Shown here in pieces: positions 50,355 through 63,300 of a stretch of DNA of 64,000 nt (its first letter is position 1; each line of letters opens with the position of its first letter). The position numbers were made by a program, and so were the translations under genes. Below the pieces are notes generated by a model, which was given only the letters and a program-made list of their open reading frames with translations, did no database searches and was not told the origin of the DNA. Source of the stretch: Camelus ferus (Eukaryota); NCBI RefSeq assembly GCF_009834535.1, contig NC_045707.1:48300001-48364000 (forward strand), written 5' to 3'.

Positions 50355-50650
50355 ATGCAGGACATTGGGGCAAACTATTTAACTTCTCTGTACTTCAGTT
50401 TCCTCATCTATAATATAATAATATGATTATTAATATATTTTACACTATGCATTTAATATATTAATTTATGTCAATTATATATTGTTATATAGCTAACATA
50501 GCAATGGTGTAATTTATATATAATATAAATAAATTGTAAAATAATTGATATATTTATATAATAGACTTCTTCTGGCAAGTAAATGTTACTTCTTATCAAC
50601 TATTTAGAACTTTGCCAAGCTCTAAGTATGTTAGGTATTATTATTGTCAC
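50355..50650 (+). mobile_element. MIR interrupted by an AT-rich low-complexity tract (~50410-50560)
   Basis: ttggggcaaactatttaacttctctgtacttcagtttcctcatctata. Confidence 0.7.
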
Positions 50651-51979
50651 CAAAACTCTTTTTTGTTATGTGTCTTTGCTAACCTGAAGCTCCCCCAATT
50701 TATACTCTGGTAGCCAGTTTAAAAAATTCAGTTTCACCACCTCTACTTCCTGCTCTTTTTGGAATTCATTATTACTCCTTTCCACTACTGGAAATAATAC
50801 TGGAGTTAATCTGTTCATTAAACAGATGTTTATTGAACATTTTCTATATATGAAATGACTTGGACTTGAACCCTGACTTGAAGAAATTTGTGATCTAGAA
50901 AGGAAATTCATCAACAAATTAATACAGAATATACTTTAAATATTATGATGGCAGGAATCTGAAGTTTTTTGGAAACTGAAGAGCCAATAACTTAACTGTT
51001 TGGGAAGCTGGGAAAACTTCAAAGAGAAATTTGGAGGCAGAAGAAGGAGGGAAGGGCATTTCCAGACAAATGTCCGTCTGTCCTTCCTCCCTCCCTCCCT
51101 TCCTTCCTCCTTCCTTCATCCCTCCCTACCTTTCTTTGCATCATCTCTTTACAGTCATGACCATGTATCACAACCAACCTCTCACCATCAATAGTTTCTT
51201 ACTTGTCTTTCATTTTTACTTCACTTCTCAAAAAAAGTTGGTTTATTTCTCAAACACCTTTTAAACTCCCAAATACCCTCACCATTTATCTTGGCTTGTA
51301 CTCACCCTACAGACACCCTAGAGGCCCAGCCATCTTCCCTACATCAGCTGTGCCAGGCCGTACCTTCCAGTTCCCAGAGTTGACCAGCGTAGCCGAGTGT
51401 GTCACGGAACCCTGATCTATCCTCTACGATTTTCTCACTTTGTAACTTTACCTAAGCTTCACAGCTACTTAGCAATTTTTGTATATTCTTTGCTGTATGA
51501 GTCATGGCTGTTTTAATTATCCTACAATTTATTTATTTATGTGGCATTTAGGATATTCTGCTTCATGTTGTATATGTGTGTAGTTCTTGCCTGTACCTCT
51601 TAGAAGTCAGTCCTAAGTTTTAATAAATTTTTAAAGTCCTATCATATCTATTTAATTTTTATTTATTTATTAACAAATATTTACTGAATGAATTCTATGT
51701 GTTATACATGCTCTAAGCAGAGGGAATTCTGCAATATCCCAAATGAGCATTAAATTCTATCAAGAGATAGACAAAAAATACATAAACAGATAAATAATCA
51801 AAATAATAGCAGATAATAAGTAAATTACTTATCCCCTCAAGACTATGGTTTCTGCTTTGAGAAATAGTAAAAATTAGATCTTTCCTGTCTGCCTTTTGAA
51901 GTTGTTTTAGGGATGATACGGATATATTTGGCAATGCCTATATGCCCCATAAGATTATTACCATTAATGACAATAAAAG

Positions 51980-52150
51980 TGGAAGAAATCCTTGGTTAGG
52001 TGTCAAGGCACCCCACCCAGTTCTAGTCACAACTTAGACATGAATTAGGTCACGTCAATTAGTCTCTCTCAGCCTCTGTGTCCTCTCCTCTAAAATGAAG
52101 GATCCGGTCTGGATAATTATAAAGGCCCTTCCAGCCTGTACAGTATGTTT
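51980..52150 (+). mobile_element. MIR3/MIRc-like fragment
   Basis: tctctctcagcctctgtgtcctctcctctaaaatgaagg..tggataattataaaggcccttccagc. Confidence 0.65.
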
Positions 52151-53379
52151 CTAAGATCCATAATGTTGCTATTCATATCTAGAGGCTCCAATTGATCTGT
52201 CGAAGTATTCAGAATATCTTTGAAAAGACACTGTAAACATCTTCTGGGAAGAGTTTCATTTTAATAACTATTAGGACAACAGGAACACTGTGTTTTTTAT
52301 TAAATTTGTCTGTTCCCTGGTGCTGATAGTATCTTCAGAATATAAATTGCACAATAGAATATAATAAAGCACAGTTTAGGATTGTTTTCACAATAGTGCA
52401 TGCCATAGTAGTCGGCCATAAAATAAGAACTGAAAGTACATCTTGTTCTGTAAACTCGTAATTTTCAGCTGTCTAGAAACTGGGTGGAAAAAGGAAATTA
52501 ATAAGAGAAAAATATTTCACAGCATGCACGCACAGCTTAAAAAAAGATTGTGTTCTTTGTAGAAAAAAAAGCAGGAATGTCATTCTTCTGGAATTTGATA
52601 ACCTAGAAAAACATTTGTATTTTTAATCTTCATTTTTGCTAATAATTATCACTGTCACATGTACTCATTCACTGACTTATTCTGTAATTCTCTTAAGAAG
52701 CATTGGTTTAGCAGTCACCATGTACTCAGCTCGACTTGAAAATCAACTGATGTATAGACTCATTAGACATTAAAAGAAAAGGTGGCCCCAGAAGATTGGA
52801 AGCCATGAAATTTTATATTAAGGATAAGTCAATATCATATCCAGCTGATGAAATTCAGCTGAAGTTGGGTACTGTTAGTTGGGTTTTGCCAACCTGTAGG
52901 ATCAGCTTAAAAGTGATGTTTTTCTAGTAGCATTGTTCAATTAACTTTGGGAAATCATCAGTTAATGTGGGCATATGGTAAGTAAAAGTCCAGATTGGAT
53001 GTAAAATGCTTGTTTTAGCAATGCAGTTTTGTTCATCAACGTTATGGCCATTGGGACCAAAATTATGGGTTTACTTTTTGTGGAGCTAGATAATATAATA
53101 ATGGCATTAATACTATTATTACTTATTTTACACTTAACATATACCAGGGGCTTCATTCTTTCATTGTATAGCCATCATTTCACCATATTCTTGGGAGAAA
53201 ATGGCAAAAATAGCAAAGTCCTTGTCTTCTAAATGCTAATTTAGGAGGCTCATGGCTACAGTGCAGTGTGATAAATGCTAAGGAGTGGTATGGACACACA
53301 TACTAATGGTAACTAGCCTTTGAAGGGTTAAGCGGACAAGTATACACATCGTGTGTCTTGACTGCTTAAAATCTTTTAA

Positions 53380-53980
53380 GGTAAATATGACAATCTACAT
53401 ATACTGATAAAGAAATTGAGGCCAGAAATAAGTGACTAGACCAAGTTCATGCAGGTAGAAATTATGATAGCTGAAGTTTTAACACCTGGTTCCAAAAACA
53501 CTTGCTCTATCTGCTTCAACAGAGATTGCAACCTCTGTCTCTTTCCTAAATGTTTGCTCGCTGATAGCCATGTGCAAAATGATTAAGAGAATGTGAGCAG
53601 CTTAAAATAAAAGGCAGAGAAAAAAATGACAACTGTATATGAATATACACATATGATACACAAATATATATACAAACTAATAATACATGCCTGCATTCAC
53701 ACACACATACATATTCTACTTTTTTGAGTGAACAGACTAATCCTTATACAAAAGCAGCATGATATAAGATGAAAAAAACTGGCTTGTGGAGCCAGACGAC
53801 AGGATTTAAATTCCATTTTCAATACACGCACAGTGAAACTGCCTCCTTTACAGGCTCTTGTTCCACATCTGTAAAATGACATTAATAATGATAATATTTA
53901 CTATTCCCATATGCAGAAGATTACACATTCAATAATGTAAGCCATTGTAAACATTAAATGTTCTACATATATTAGTAGTT
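53380..53980. mobile_element. Two MIR fragments: minus ~53380-53520, plus ~53750-53980
   Basis: gataaagaaattgaggcc..aagtgactagaccaagttca and tggagccagac..ggatttaaattcc..cacatctgtaaaatg. Confidence 0.7.
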
Positions 53981-54209
53981 TATTTTGAAGATGGTGATTT
54001 GTACGAAATTGTCAGATGCCATTGTTAATCTACGAGCCTCTCTGCTCAGAGTTCAGTCCAGGTGAATTTGAGGCAGCAGTAGACATGATGAAAAATTACA
54101 TGAATAATTACATTCCTCTTGTCATAGTATTTTTGGAGATTTATTTTTATACTAACACATGGGTCATCTGGATAAATAACTTTTTTTTTTAATGCAGAAG
54201 ACAAACTCC

Positions 54210-55190
54210 GTGTTGCTGGATTCAACAGTCAGTTCTCACGTCTCAGTTTACCTATCCAGAATTAGGACACAGTGATGACTCATAGCCAAGAAACACATTT
54301 GCTGCTAACTTCATAGACACTATTCAAATCTCTTTTAGTGATTCTTCATCAACTCCCTGTCCTCCTAAGGCTACAATCTCCCTGGTTTTAGGACATGGAC
54401 CCATTTACTGATCAATCTACATTCACTGCCTCAGTGATTGCATCCACTCTAATGACTTTTAATGCATTTACATCTGGAACATTTATTTCTCCAGCAAAAA
54501 CTTTATCCCTGAGCTCCAAATTCATATATCCAACAGTCTATTTGACACCTCCACTTGGATGTCAAAAACACACCTCAAATTTAACATGACCCACACTGAA
54601 CTATTGATATTACTACTGCTCACTCTTACTTGTCTCTCAAATTTCCCTCATTCAAATTAACAAAATGTTACTTCTTTAGCTGCTCATATCAATAAGTGTC
54701 ATATAATCCTTGACCCATTTCTTACCTTCAGATGCCACATGTGGTCTATCACCATATTTGTTTGACTCTTCCATAATTTCATCAGTTCTCAACTCCAGTG
54801 TTGCCATCAAAAATATCCTCACCTTGCATCCGGATTACACAAGAACCTACCTGCTCTCCTTGCTTCTATCCTTGCTCTATGCTGTGATCTGTTCTCAACA
54901 CAGCTGCCAAAGCAATTCTTTTAAAATGTAAGCCATAGCATGTCACTTCTTTGCAAGAAGCTTTCCAATGATTTGTCATTTCACTTAAAACAAAAGTCAA
55001 AGTCCTAACAGCAGCCTAGGTGACCCTTGTAACTTACAGCAACCTTCCTCCCCATCTTTCTGACCTTTTCTTCTTTTGTCTCAATTTGCTCCAGCCCCAT
55101 GAACCCCTTCCTGCTCCTTAAAGTCTTGGGCACCCTCCTTTGGCCTTGGCACTTGCCACAAAAAAAAAAAAAAAAAAGTTTCCTTTGATA
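54210..55190 (+). mobile_element. L2 fragment (~1 kb)
   Basis: ccctgagctccaaattcatatatccaac..ctccacttggatgtc..cacctcaaatttaacatg..ttctcaacacagctgcca..aaaagtcaaagtcct. Confidence 0.85.
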
Positions 55191-55212
55191 CCTCACATCA
55201 AACAAATTAGGT

Positions 55213-55850
55213 TGTTATTGAACCAAACTTGGGTCCACTTGCCCAATGCACAGCAAAGTCAATCTACTGACACCAAGTTGTGGTAAAGGGAAGTCAGCAT
55301 TTATTGCAGGGCCAAGAAGGAGGACAGACAGCTCATGCTCAAAGACTTGAACTCTCTGATGTCTTTCAGGAAATGGTTTTAAAGACAGGGTTAGGAAGAG
55401 GATCACAGGGTGTGTGATCAGCTTATGCATAATTCTCTGATTGGCTGATAGGGAGGTAACAGGGTGATGTTTCAAGAAACTCAATCATCAACCTCCTGGT
55501 TCTAACCAGTCTGGGGTCTACATGCTGGTGGGCAGCATATAGTTAACTTCTTCCTCCTGGTGGGAGTGTTAGTATCTGCAACACAACTCAAGGATATGAC
55601 TCAGGATATTATCTATAGCCTTTAAGGAAGGACCAAAGGTCCTTGACTTTGTTTTATGACTAAGCAATTATTATTTTGTCTTGTTTGACTGCTTTCCTTT
55701 GTTTCTTCATTTTCTTACTTCTCTGATTAAATTTGCTTTTTGAAACTTGAAGAAGGCCCAGGAGGCTAAAGCTTTTCTACAAAGGCAGGGGACAAGGCGA
55801 GGAGGGGGGTCTGTCCCAGGGAAGGTCCCCCAGAATCCTACTCTGTTTCA
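55213..55850 (-). mobile_element. ERV1-class solo LTR (LTR39-like)
   Basis: TG...CA termini (tgttattgaaccaaacttgggtcc..ctctgtttca); on the minus strand a CCAAT box (ctgattggct ~55438), a TATA-like ttttaaa (~55377) and AATAAA (tttatt ~55300) in U3-R order. Confidence 0.85.
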
Positions 55851-56244
55851 ACTGGTCCTTTCCTAGAATATGTAGAATATTTTAACTGGTTTATATCCAC
55901 ATGGATTCAATAGGTCTTATTCTGCATTTATGCAACCAAAAGTTTCTCTAGTGTGTGAATCATCCTTCCTGATTTCCTCATCATCCCTGATTACTTTGAC
56001 CCAGTGACTACTGGTTTAGTGTGATGTCAGTGTCAACTGGATTTTGCTGACATGGTGAGATTATAACTGAGTTTTGGTCATTATTGTAAGAGGATCTTGT
56101 TTATGAGAAGAAACGTTGGAAAAATGAGAAGCTGCAAGTGGAGATATGATAAATTGAGATGTTAGAGGTTACCCTGACATTATATATATATGTTAGTTAT
56201 CTGTTGTTATATACTCCACTTTATAAACTTATGTTTACAATATA

Positions 56245-56700
56245 ACATATTCATTCAACAACTAATGAGCAGGCTTTACTTAGGCTCTGGATATACAATA
56301 TACAAAACAGGTACTAGTTTTACTACTAAGCTTCTAGGCAGAAAATATACATGTAAGCACACCCCCAAAATATAGTGAATTACAACTTATGAGGGAAATA
56401 AACAGGGTTCTAAGACAGACAGGATTTGCTTAGGTCAATGACCAGCTAGTAGCATTTCAGAGGAAGTGACAATTAAACTGAAACTTGAAAGACAAAAAAA
56501 AGTCAACTGTGTAAATACTGGGGGAGATGGGAAGGTGGTCTAATACTGGGGAGGAGAACAGTGCAAAACCCCTGAGACAGGTGTGTTAGGGAAAGACTAA
56601 GACATTTGTGTTAGAGAGGGGAGAGACAAGTAAGTGAAGGGGAAAATGGAAGCAGGTGAGATTGGAAGGCAAACGGGATCTTTAAACCTCAGTAAGCTTG
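56245..56700 (-). mobile_element. L2 fragment
   Basis: attcattcaacaactaatgagc..taggctctggatataca..cagaggaagtgaca..aacagtgcaaaacccctgagacagg. Confidence 0.8.
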
Positions 56701-56959
56701 CTAGTGTTTCATTTTGGAAGTAGACCAGATAGCAGCAAACACTGGCTTTACACGTATCAGTGCTTTCCTCTTCAGATCTGAGTCTTTTTCTAACCCTTTA
56801 AAATTCCATACCAATTGATATGTTATATAATAGCATATTCCCTATGAGCATCATGATTCACTTTATACTGGAAATTATTAATTACTCCTGATTTCTGAAG
56901 AGTTACCATATCATTAAAAAAAATCTTGAACCATAATAAGTACCTAAGGTAGGTGTTAG

Positions 56960-57138
56960 AATCAAAGAAGCTTGGTAAATATGTATTGGTAAGTAGTTTG
57001 CTGCGTGATCTTTGGCAGTTAATCTGTCTGAACCTTAGTTTCCTTAGCAATAAAATAGGGACAAAAATACTTACTTAATCAGGTTGTTGTAAGACTTAAT
57101 TGAGATGATACATGTAATGTTCAAGGTCTCAATAAATA

Positions 57139-57171
<33 letters not shown>
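56960..57171 (+). mobile_element. MIR ending in a (GAT)11 microsatellite (57139-57171)
   Basis: ctgcgtgatctttggcagttaatctgtctgaaccttagtttcc..taaaatagggac..ggttgttgtaag..ctcaataaata followed by (GAT)11. Confidence 0.85.
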
Positions 57172-57172
<1 letters not shown>

Positions 57173-58419
57173 ACCACACTATTACCCTTATGACTATTGG
57201 ATAAAATCACTTTCTTGCTTGCTTTTGAATAAAATACAAGCTTAAATATTTATCTTAAAAATTGGCAAGTTCTGAATAAAGTTTATTGTATATTCTATCT
57301 CAGGGGACTAACAGGCTAACTAGAGTCGCCTCTCCAGAGAGATGGCTCAAGTATATAAAGAGTTATCACAGTGGTTGTAGGTTCCTCCTAGATTGGAAAT
57401 ACCATTTCAAAGATTTACAGAAATGTAAGTCACCACACTTCTATGTATGTGATTTTTTTTTCTTTGCATCTTTCTGCTGTATATTAGAGGGAATGAAGCA
57501 GCAGAGGAGAAGCAGAGAAATTACAAAGTGCCATGAAGCATTTCTTTTGATTACGTTTCAGAAGCCGACTATGAAACAGTCATTCTAGAGAAAGTGAAGA
57601 AACAGACGTTGTCTCTGAAGGTTTGTCCTTACACTGTAGAGAAGCTTTGGAAATGAAGCTGATGATACGAAGGTATGGAGGGCTTTTTTAAAAGATAAAA
57701 GTTTGAGATTTGAATGGAGGAATGACTGTATAATGTTATTTTGGAGCAGTTCTGTTTTGGCTAGTGGTATTTTAAAGTGGAGAATGGCTCTAAAGTTAAA
57801 AATAGATATTCAGTGGTAAAAGGTTAATCCTAACATCTTAGTTTGAGAAAAACAAATTAGTGAGTTGAGTATGTCAACACTTCTTAAGAATTGTCTAGAC
57901 AGGACTCAGTCACTCTAACTGGATGGGGCAGACAGGTCGCCTTATAGGTGAGCAATGCAGAAAATACACTGGGGAAGGATTCTGAGGAAGTTGCAGACAC
58001 AGGAGGTTCAGCTTGAGAGTCAAATCCTAATGGCAAAGGTCTCCAAAAATGTAAACAGAAGGGAGACCACAGGATTTGCTATTTTAAGACTGTTCTAAAT
58101 TCTGTTTCAGTATTATAAAATTTAGTAAAATTTGATATATACTCACTACTTGTTAAGCCAGAGGTATACACACATGAAAAAAATCATACCTATCCAGGAG
58201 AAACTACACATAAATAAATGAGTGTAATACAATGCGAAGTAGGGTGTGTTCCTTTTGGATCTTCAGATCACATTCTAGAAAATGTCAATGATTTAGCATT
58301 CTGAACTTGGCACATGCCTGGATCTAATTCTTCATTACATTACAGTAATATGCACACACATGTGCCATAAACATACATGCATGTGTGCATCTGTATACGG
58401 TATATTATGGGGTTATGAT

Positions 58420-58645
58420 GCCAGTGATAGTACAGAAAACCTCTCTAGAAGTAGGATATCTATGACTCTGTAACTTGGTTCTAACACTTATTAGGTGAGT
58501 TACTTAACTTCCCTAAGCTTTCTTCACATATGAAACAAGACTGGTAGTGTCTATTCCATGGCCTTGAGATGATTACATAAGACAGCTCTGGTTAAGCATT
58601 GGCCCAGTATATGACACAGAGGACGTTCAACAAATATTAGCTGTT
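58420..58645 (+). mobile_element. MIR
   Basis: gagttacttaacttccctaagcttt..gagatgattacataag..ttcaacaaatattagctgtta. Confidence 0.7.
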
Positions 58646-59059
58646 ACTTTGATCTTTGCTTCTGTCACTGTTTCATTTTTACTCTTAGTAGTAGTAGCAG
58701 CAAGGTATCTAAAAGAACAGTTTCTCAGTGGCTACTAATCTCCCATCTATCTTAGAGGACACATACTGAGAAGATCTTTCCCAAACTTTCATTGTATCAA
58801 GAAGAGAAACATTTCTGTGACATTTAATAAGTGCCCAGTAGCGATCTAACTGCTACACCAGCATTAACTCATTTAATCAGCTTAATAATGAGACAGCAGT
58901 AATGATTATTGTATTGTGTCACCTTGTACTAACTGGGACGCTCCTCTCCTAACCATTGAATGGGAGGGTAGGCAATTTCCAGAAAATTAATTCAGGATAA
59001 TCCCTTAAGTACTCTCTCTCTCTCATATTGGAAAATAGATTCAGATTATACTACAACTT

Positions 59060-59990
59060 TCCAGATTTCCTTCTATTAATATACCATGGACATCTTTCTA
59101 TGTTATTACCTGTAGACTCATATCATCATTTTTTAAGTTTATAGTTTCAGTTTTGCAAGATGAAGAGTCCTAGACATGGATAGTGGTAGTGGTTGCACAA
59201 CGATATGAATGTTCTCAGTACCACTGAACAGTCCACTTTAAAATGGTTGAGCAGTAAATTTTGTGGAATGTGTATTTTACCTCAATAAAATATTGGAGAA
59301 AAATCAAAAGTCTGTGGAATGCCAAAGCTGTAGTAGATTTGGTTAAACTATCTCCTATTGAAGGATGTTTAGATTATTTCAAATTATTTACTTTTATAAG
59401 CAGTGCTGCAATAAATATCAAATAATTTTCTTCAGACACCGATTTTCTCTAAAGTATGGTAAGAAAAGAATAGCTATTATTTATTGAGTGTTTACTATGT
59501 GCCAGGCACTATGCTAAGCACTTTGGACAGATAATCTCATCTGAACCTCACAATAAGCCTGTAAAGTTAATACTCCTTGCCTACTCTCCTCAGATGATGC
59601 AGGATGTTCCTTGCAAAGGGTTCCCTGTTTGAGGTGGCAAGTTGGAGCTGACATCCAGCTTGAACTTCTTTTACCAGCAATGGCCCTGAAAATTTCCCCC
59701 TAGCATGTATGGTGCAAAGGCAGAGTTGAATTCAGGAAGTCTCACATGAGAACTCCACACTGAATCACTACACAAATGCCTCCTATAGAAATAAATTCCC
59801 CAGGGTGCAATTGCTATGTCAAAGGGTACACACACTTGAAGATGCTGAGTTTCTTTCAAAAAGACTTACCTATTTATTTTCCACCAACAGTTTCTGAGAG
59901 TGTCTGTTTCCTCACATCCTAGATAATCCTGGATATCACATTTCCTTTTTTGTTGTTGTTAGGTTTTTAATATCATAGGTGCAAAAAGTT
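59060..59990. mobile_element. Nested cluster: minus L1ME fragments interrupted by a plus L1MB 3' end (~59138-59295) and a minus MIR (~59465-59600)
   Basis: tagtttcagttttgcaagatgaagagt..tggtagtggttgcacaac..cactgaac..cactttaaaatggtt..tattttacctcaataaaa (L1MB); ttattgagtgtttactatgtgccaggcactatgctaagcacttt (MIR); ccaccaacagtttctgagagtgtctgtttcctcacatcct (L1). Confidence 0.8.
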
Positions 59991-60884
59991 GCCAGACACA
60001 GCTATAATTTTTTTCCTGGAAAAAGTCATTGTTGTTATTTTACCCAATCTGTGGTAACTAATATTTTTCTGTTATTTGAATTTTTGTCCTAAAAGTAAAA
60101 GTAGACGTTTAAAAATCTTGGAAAGTTGATGTTGTGATGGCAATGATTTTGCTCTGCCTGAGCAACTTGATTTGACACACAAGCGTATCATAGTTCTACT
60201 GACACATCTGATAAAGAGATCTGGTTATACAAAGTCTTAGACTTCTTTTCAGTGATATTTTGAAATTTTTTGAGAACAGATAGAGATACTAAAATGTCTT
60301 AACTGTATTTTTAAAGGTCATTTCATCCATTGCAAGGCCATTTCCCTTGGTATGAACAAAATCAATTTTATTAGAATATTTGCCAACCATAAGCTGTATT
60401 TATAGACAGCGTATGTGCTTTATATTAAGCTACTTCAAAGCCTGTGTTAATAGAATCATCAAGGCCCTCCAGTCCAGGCATACTTGTAAATTGCTAGTGT
60501 GTCCTTTTATCTTTCAGGATCTTCTGATGTGGAGAGTGGATAAAAGTTTGGAACCATTTTTAAAGACTCATTTAAAATTTCATCCATACAGATGTAGATC
60601 TTATTTTTATTTCTTTCACTCAAATACAGTGTTCTATTAGATTAGTTCAAACTTTATTTCTCGTTTTACTCTAGTCCATGCATTCACATTTTAATTCTGT
60701 TTATCATCTTTTGATGCCTAGTAAACATGTAGCCTCAAATAAAAAATTAAATCTCACTCTCAGTCCAACAGAGTGACTCAGAAGAGGTAGAAAACGAGGA
60801 GGCCAGTTGCTCTTACCCTCTGCTAGAGGTCTACTATGGCTTCCCCAAAGGAAGAAGAATGATAGATCTTAACAGTCACAATTT

Positions 60885-61085
60885 AAATAATAGCTACCAC
60901 TTATTAAGGGGGACTATTTGCCAGCTACAATGCCATTTTTTAAAATGTATTGACCTTTTTAATCCTTTGCATCCTACTTTGCAAATGAGAAAACTGAGGT
61001 GCAACAGGCTAAAAAACTTGCCTAAAATCAAATAGATTTGAACTAAGTAAATTGATCCATTTCTCTCAACCATTGTGTTATACTG
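60885..61085 (-). mobile_element. MIR
   Basis: aataatagctaccacttatt..ctttgcaaatgagaaaactgaggtgc..aacttgcctaa. Confidence 0.8.
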
Positions 61086-61559
61086 CAGAGAAAGGGAAGG
61101 TTGTTTAACTCAGGGTCTATATTTGACCATTTTTTCAGGGGACAAGTGTAATGAAGGGATATGATTATTTGCCGTCTCCTCCCCATGACTTGTATGCTGT
61201 TCTTAAAGCTCAGTTTTGTCCTGTGTTGAGTTCAGGAAAATGAAGAAGGACAGCCAGTGCATCAGTGGACTGCAACTGTGTCTGATCATAGTTTGGTAGC
61301 AAAAATTATCTTGCAGAAATTGGATGTAATCAATTAATTTTAAATAAAAAGAGGGTATTTAAAAAAAATTAATTTCTGGCTTGATGAGAGAGTGAGAAAA
61401 GAGAAGAATACTCAAGAAATCAACTAGACAGAATATACCAAATTCTAGCACAAAAATGAAGGAAAGCAAATCCCTTTCGGTGAAGCTTTCTAACCAACCC
61501 CTAGCCCACTCTCTAACGACAGTAGTAATACCAATAGTGACAGTACCAGCTGAGCAGCA

Positions 61560-61800
61560 GCTAAAGCAGCAGCAGGAGTATAAAGCGTGGACAGATTTCA
61601 CTACAAAAACTGTCTTTCACTCACAAGTTTTGTGACCTTAGGGAAGCTAATTGCTTCCAGCCCCAACTTCTTTAACTATAAAATGAGCATAATAATATCT
61701 AACTCACAGGCCAGTGAGGATAAGGAAGATAGCAATGTAATCACCTAGAATGTACCTAACACATATTAGCTTCTTAATATCTATAATACATGTTAGTTTC
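61560..61800 (+). mobile_element. MIR
   Basis: tgtgaccttagggaag..ctataaaatgagcataataatatctaactcacagg..cctagaatgtacctaacacata. Confidence 0.75.
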
Positions 61801-62534
61801 TTCCTCTTCTTTTCATTCTTATTTTCCTCCTACCCCTCCTTATTCTTTTCTCTTTCTCATTAAATGTCTTCAACTAGACTGGAAAGAGCACGATGTGTGG
61901 CCGTTTCCAAAAGCACTGTTCAGTCGCCCATATTGGCATGCTGCTGCCATAGCTCCTGGACCAACTACTCCCAGCATCTAAAACAGTTACTGAGTGCTTT
62001 CCATAGGCTTGGCATAATCTCCCTACTACAGCTCCCAGGTCAGTCTAGGCTTATTTAAGAATCCTCTTGTAACACATGTATTACAGTTTGCCATTTCTTT
62101 AAAATAGTTATCATCATGGAAACCAAAATTTTAAAATTCAGTAGTAAAAGCAGATTGTATTAAATACCTCAATGACTAAGACTTTTATTCTTATGAGTCA
62201 TCTCTAGAGTCCCCTTAAGATATTCATCTTTCTCTTGAGCCTCAAGCATGAGGGTAGTTGTTTCTTTTCATTTGGATACTGAGTTAAAGTGAATATTAGG
62301 ATTAGGTATGTCCAGTAATCATAGATAATTTTTGCTATCAAGTAAAAGTTTTCTGTCAAGTCTTATGGTCTTGTGGTTTTGTTTTTTTTTTTTTCTTTTT
62401 TACAAAAGATCAAGTAAGTGAAACGGTAGGACAAATGAAGAGAGCCAGCTCAATTCCTATTGAGAACAAAATCACTCCTGGTCACACACAACAATGTGGT
62501 TAAGATTGCATCCTGATTCAGACACAGAGATAGT

Positions 62535-62965
62535 AAGTGATCAGCCAGACCCCAATGTCTGCAAGCAACAGAAACTAATTCTAGCTAATTCATACAGAGA
62601 AAAATGGACACCAGTTAGCTGGATGATGAGAAGAGCAATGGGAAGGTAATCAAAAGGCTAATGAGAAGACTAAAGAATGAAGCTCCTAGAAAATAAGACT
62701 CAGGTAAGGTCTGTGGGTTTAGATTACAATAACCACTTGAAATGAATGTGCTTCAACTGACTATTTTTTCTGCCCCTACATCATGCTTCTCAAGACTTAA
62801 GGTCTTTTAAGAGAAACTGATTAAACTTGTTTGGATTTGGGAGGAGGGCATAGACACACTGAATAAGAGTCCCACCATGACTGCATCATAGAGGCAAGAT
62901 AATTCCTTAAAGTACTAAAAAAAGAAAAAAGAGTGAGTAGATGCTAAGCAAACACAAATCAAAAA
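62535..62965 (-). mobile_element. Old MLT1 (L/M/N-like) LTR
   Basis: tgcaagcaacagaaactaattctagctaatt..agtcccaccatgactgca..agatgctaagcaaaca. Confidence 0.55.
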
Positions 62966-63149
62966 AAATATATTATAGAAGAATTGAATTCTTCCTGGCA
63001 ACAACTCCATTGTTTGGAGACATATTTTTATTTTAAAATTTATACACATTTTATAACAACTTTTTAAAAGAACTATTTAGATTTAATGTAGAAAGATGTA
63101 TAATAAAACTTAACTAAATAAACAATTTTTTAGCCATTTTTAGCCATGG

Positions 63150-63300
63150 CAGAACAAACATTTATGTCATAATTCTGGCTTTGCTACCAACCAGCTGTGT
63201 GACTTTGGGTCAATAATATTTTTCTGGATAGCCAATGTTTTACTTACTTAAAATGAATAAATTGGGTAAAGATCCCTCCAAGGTATCAACTATAGCATAA
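63150..63300 (+). mobile_element. MIR fragment
   Basis: taattctggctttgctaccaaccagctgtgtgactttgggtcaa. Confidence 0.75.

Noticed and set aside
55160..55177. A18 tract as the tail of a processed pseudogene
   Set aside because: Upstream sequence is L2, with no polyA signal, TSD or mRNA-like body
60812..60830. CTCF-like site taccctctgctag
   Set aside because: Two mismatches at high-information core positions
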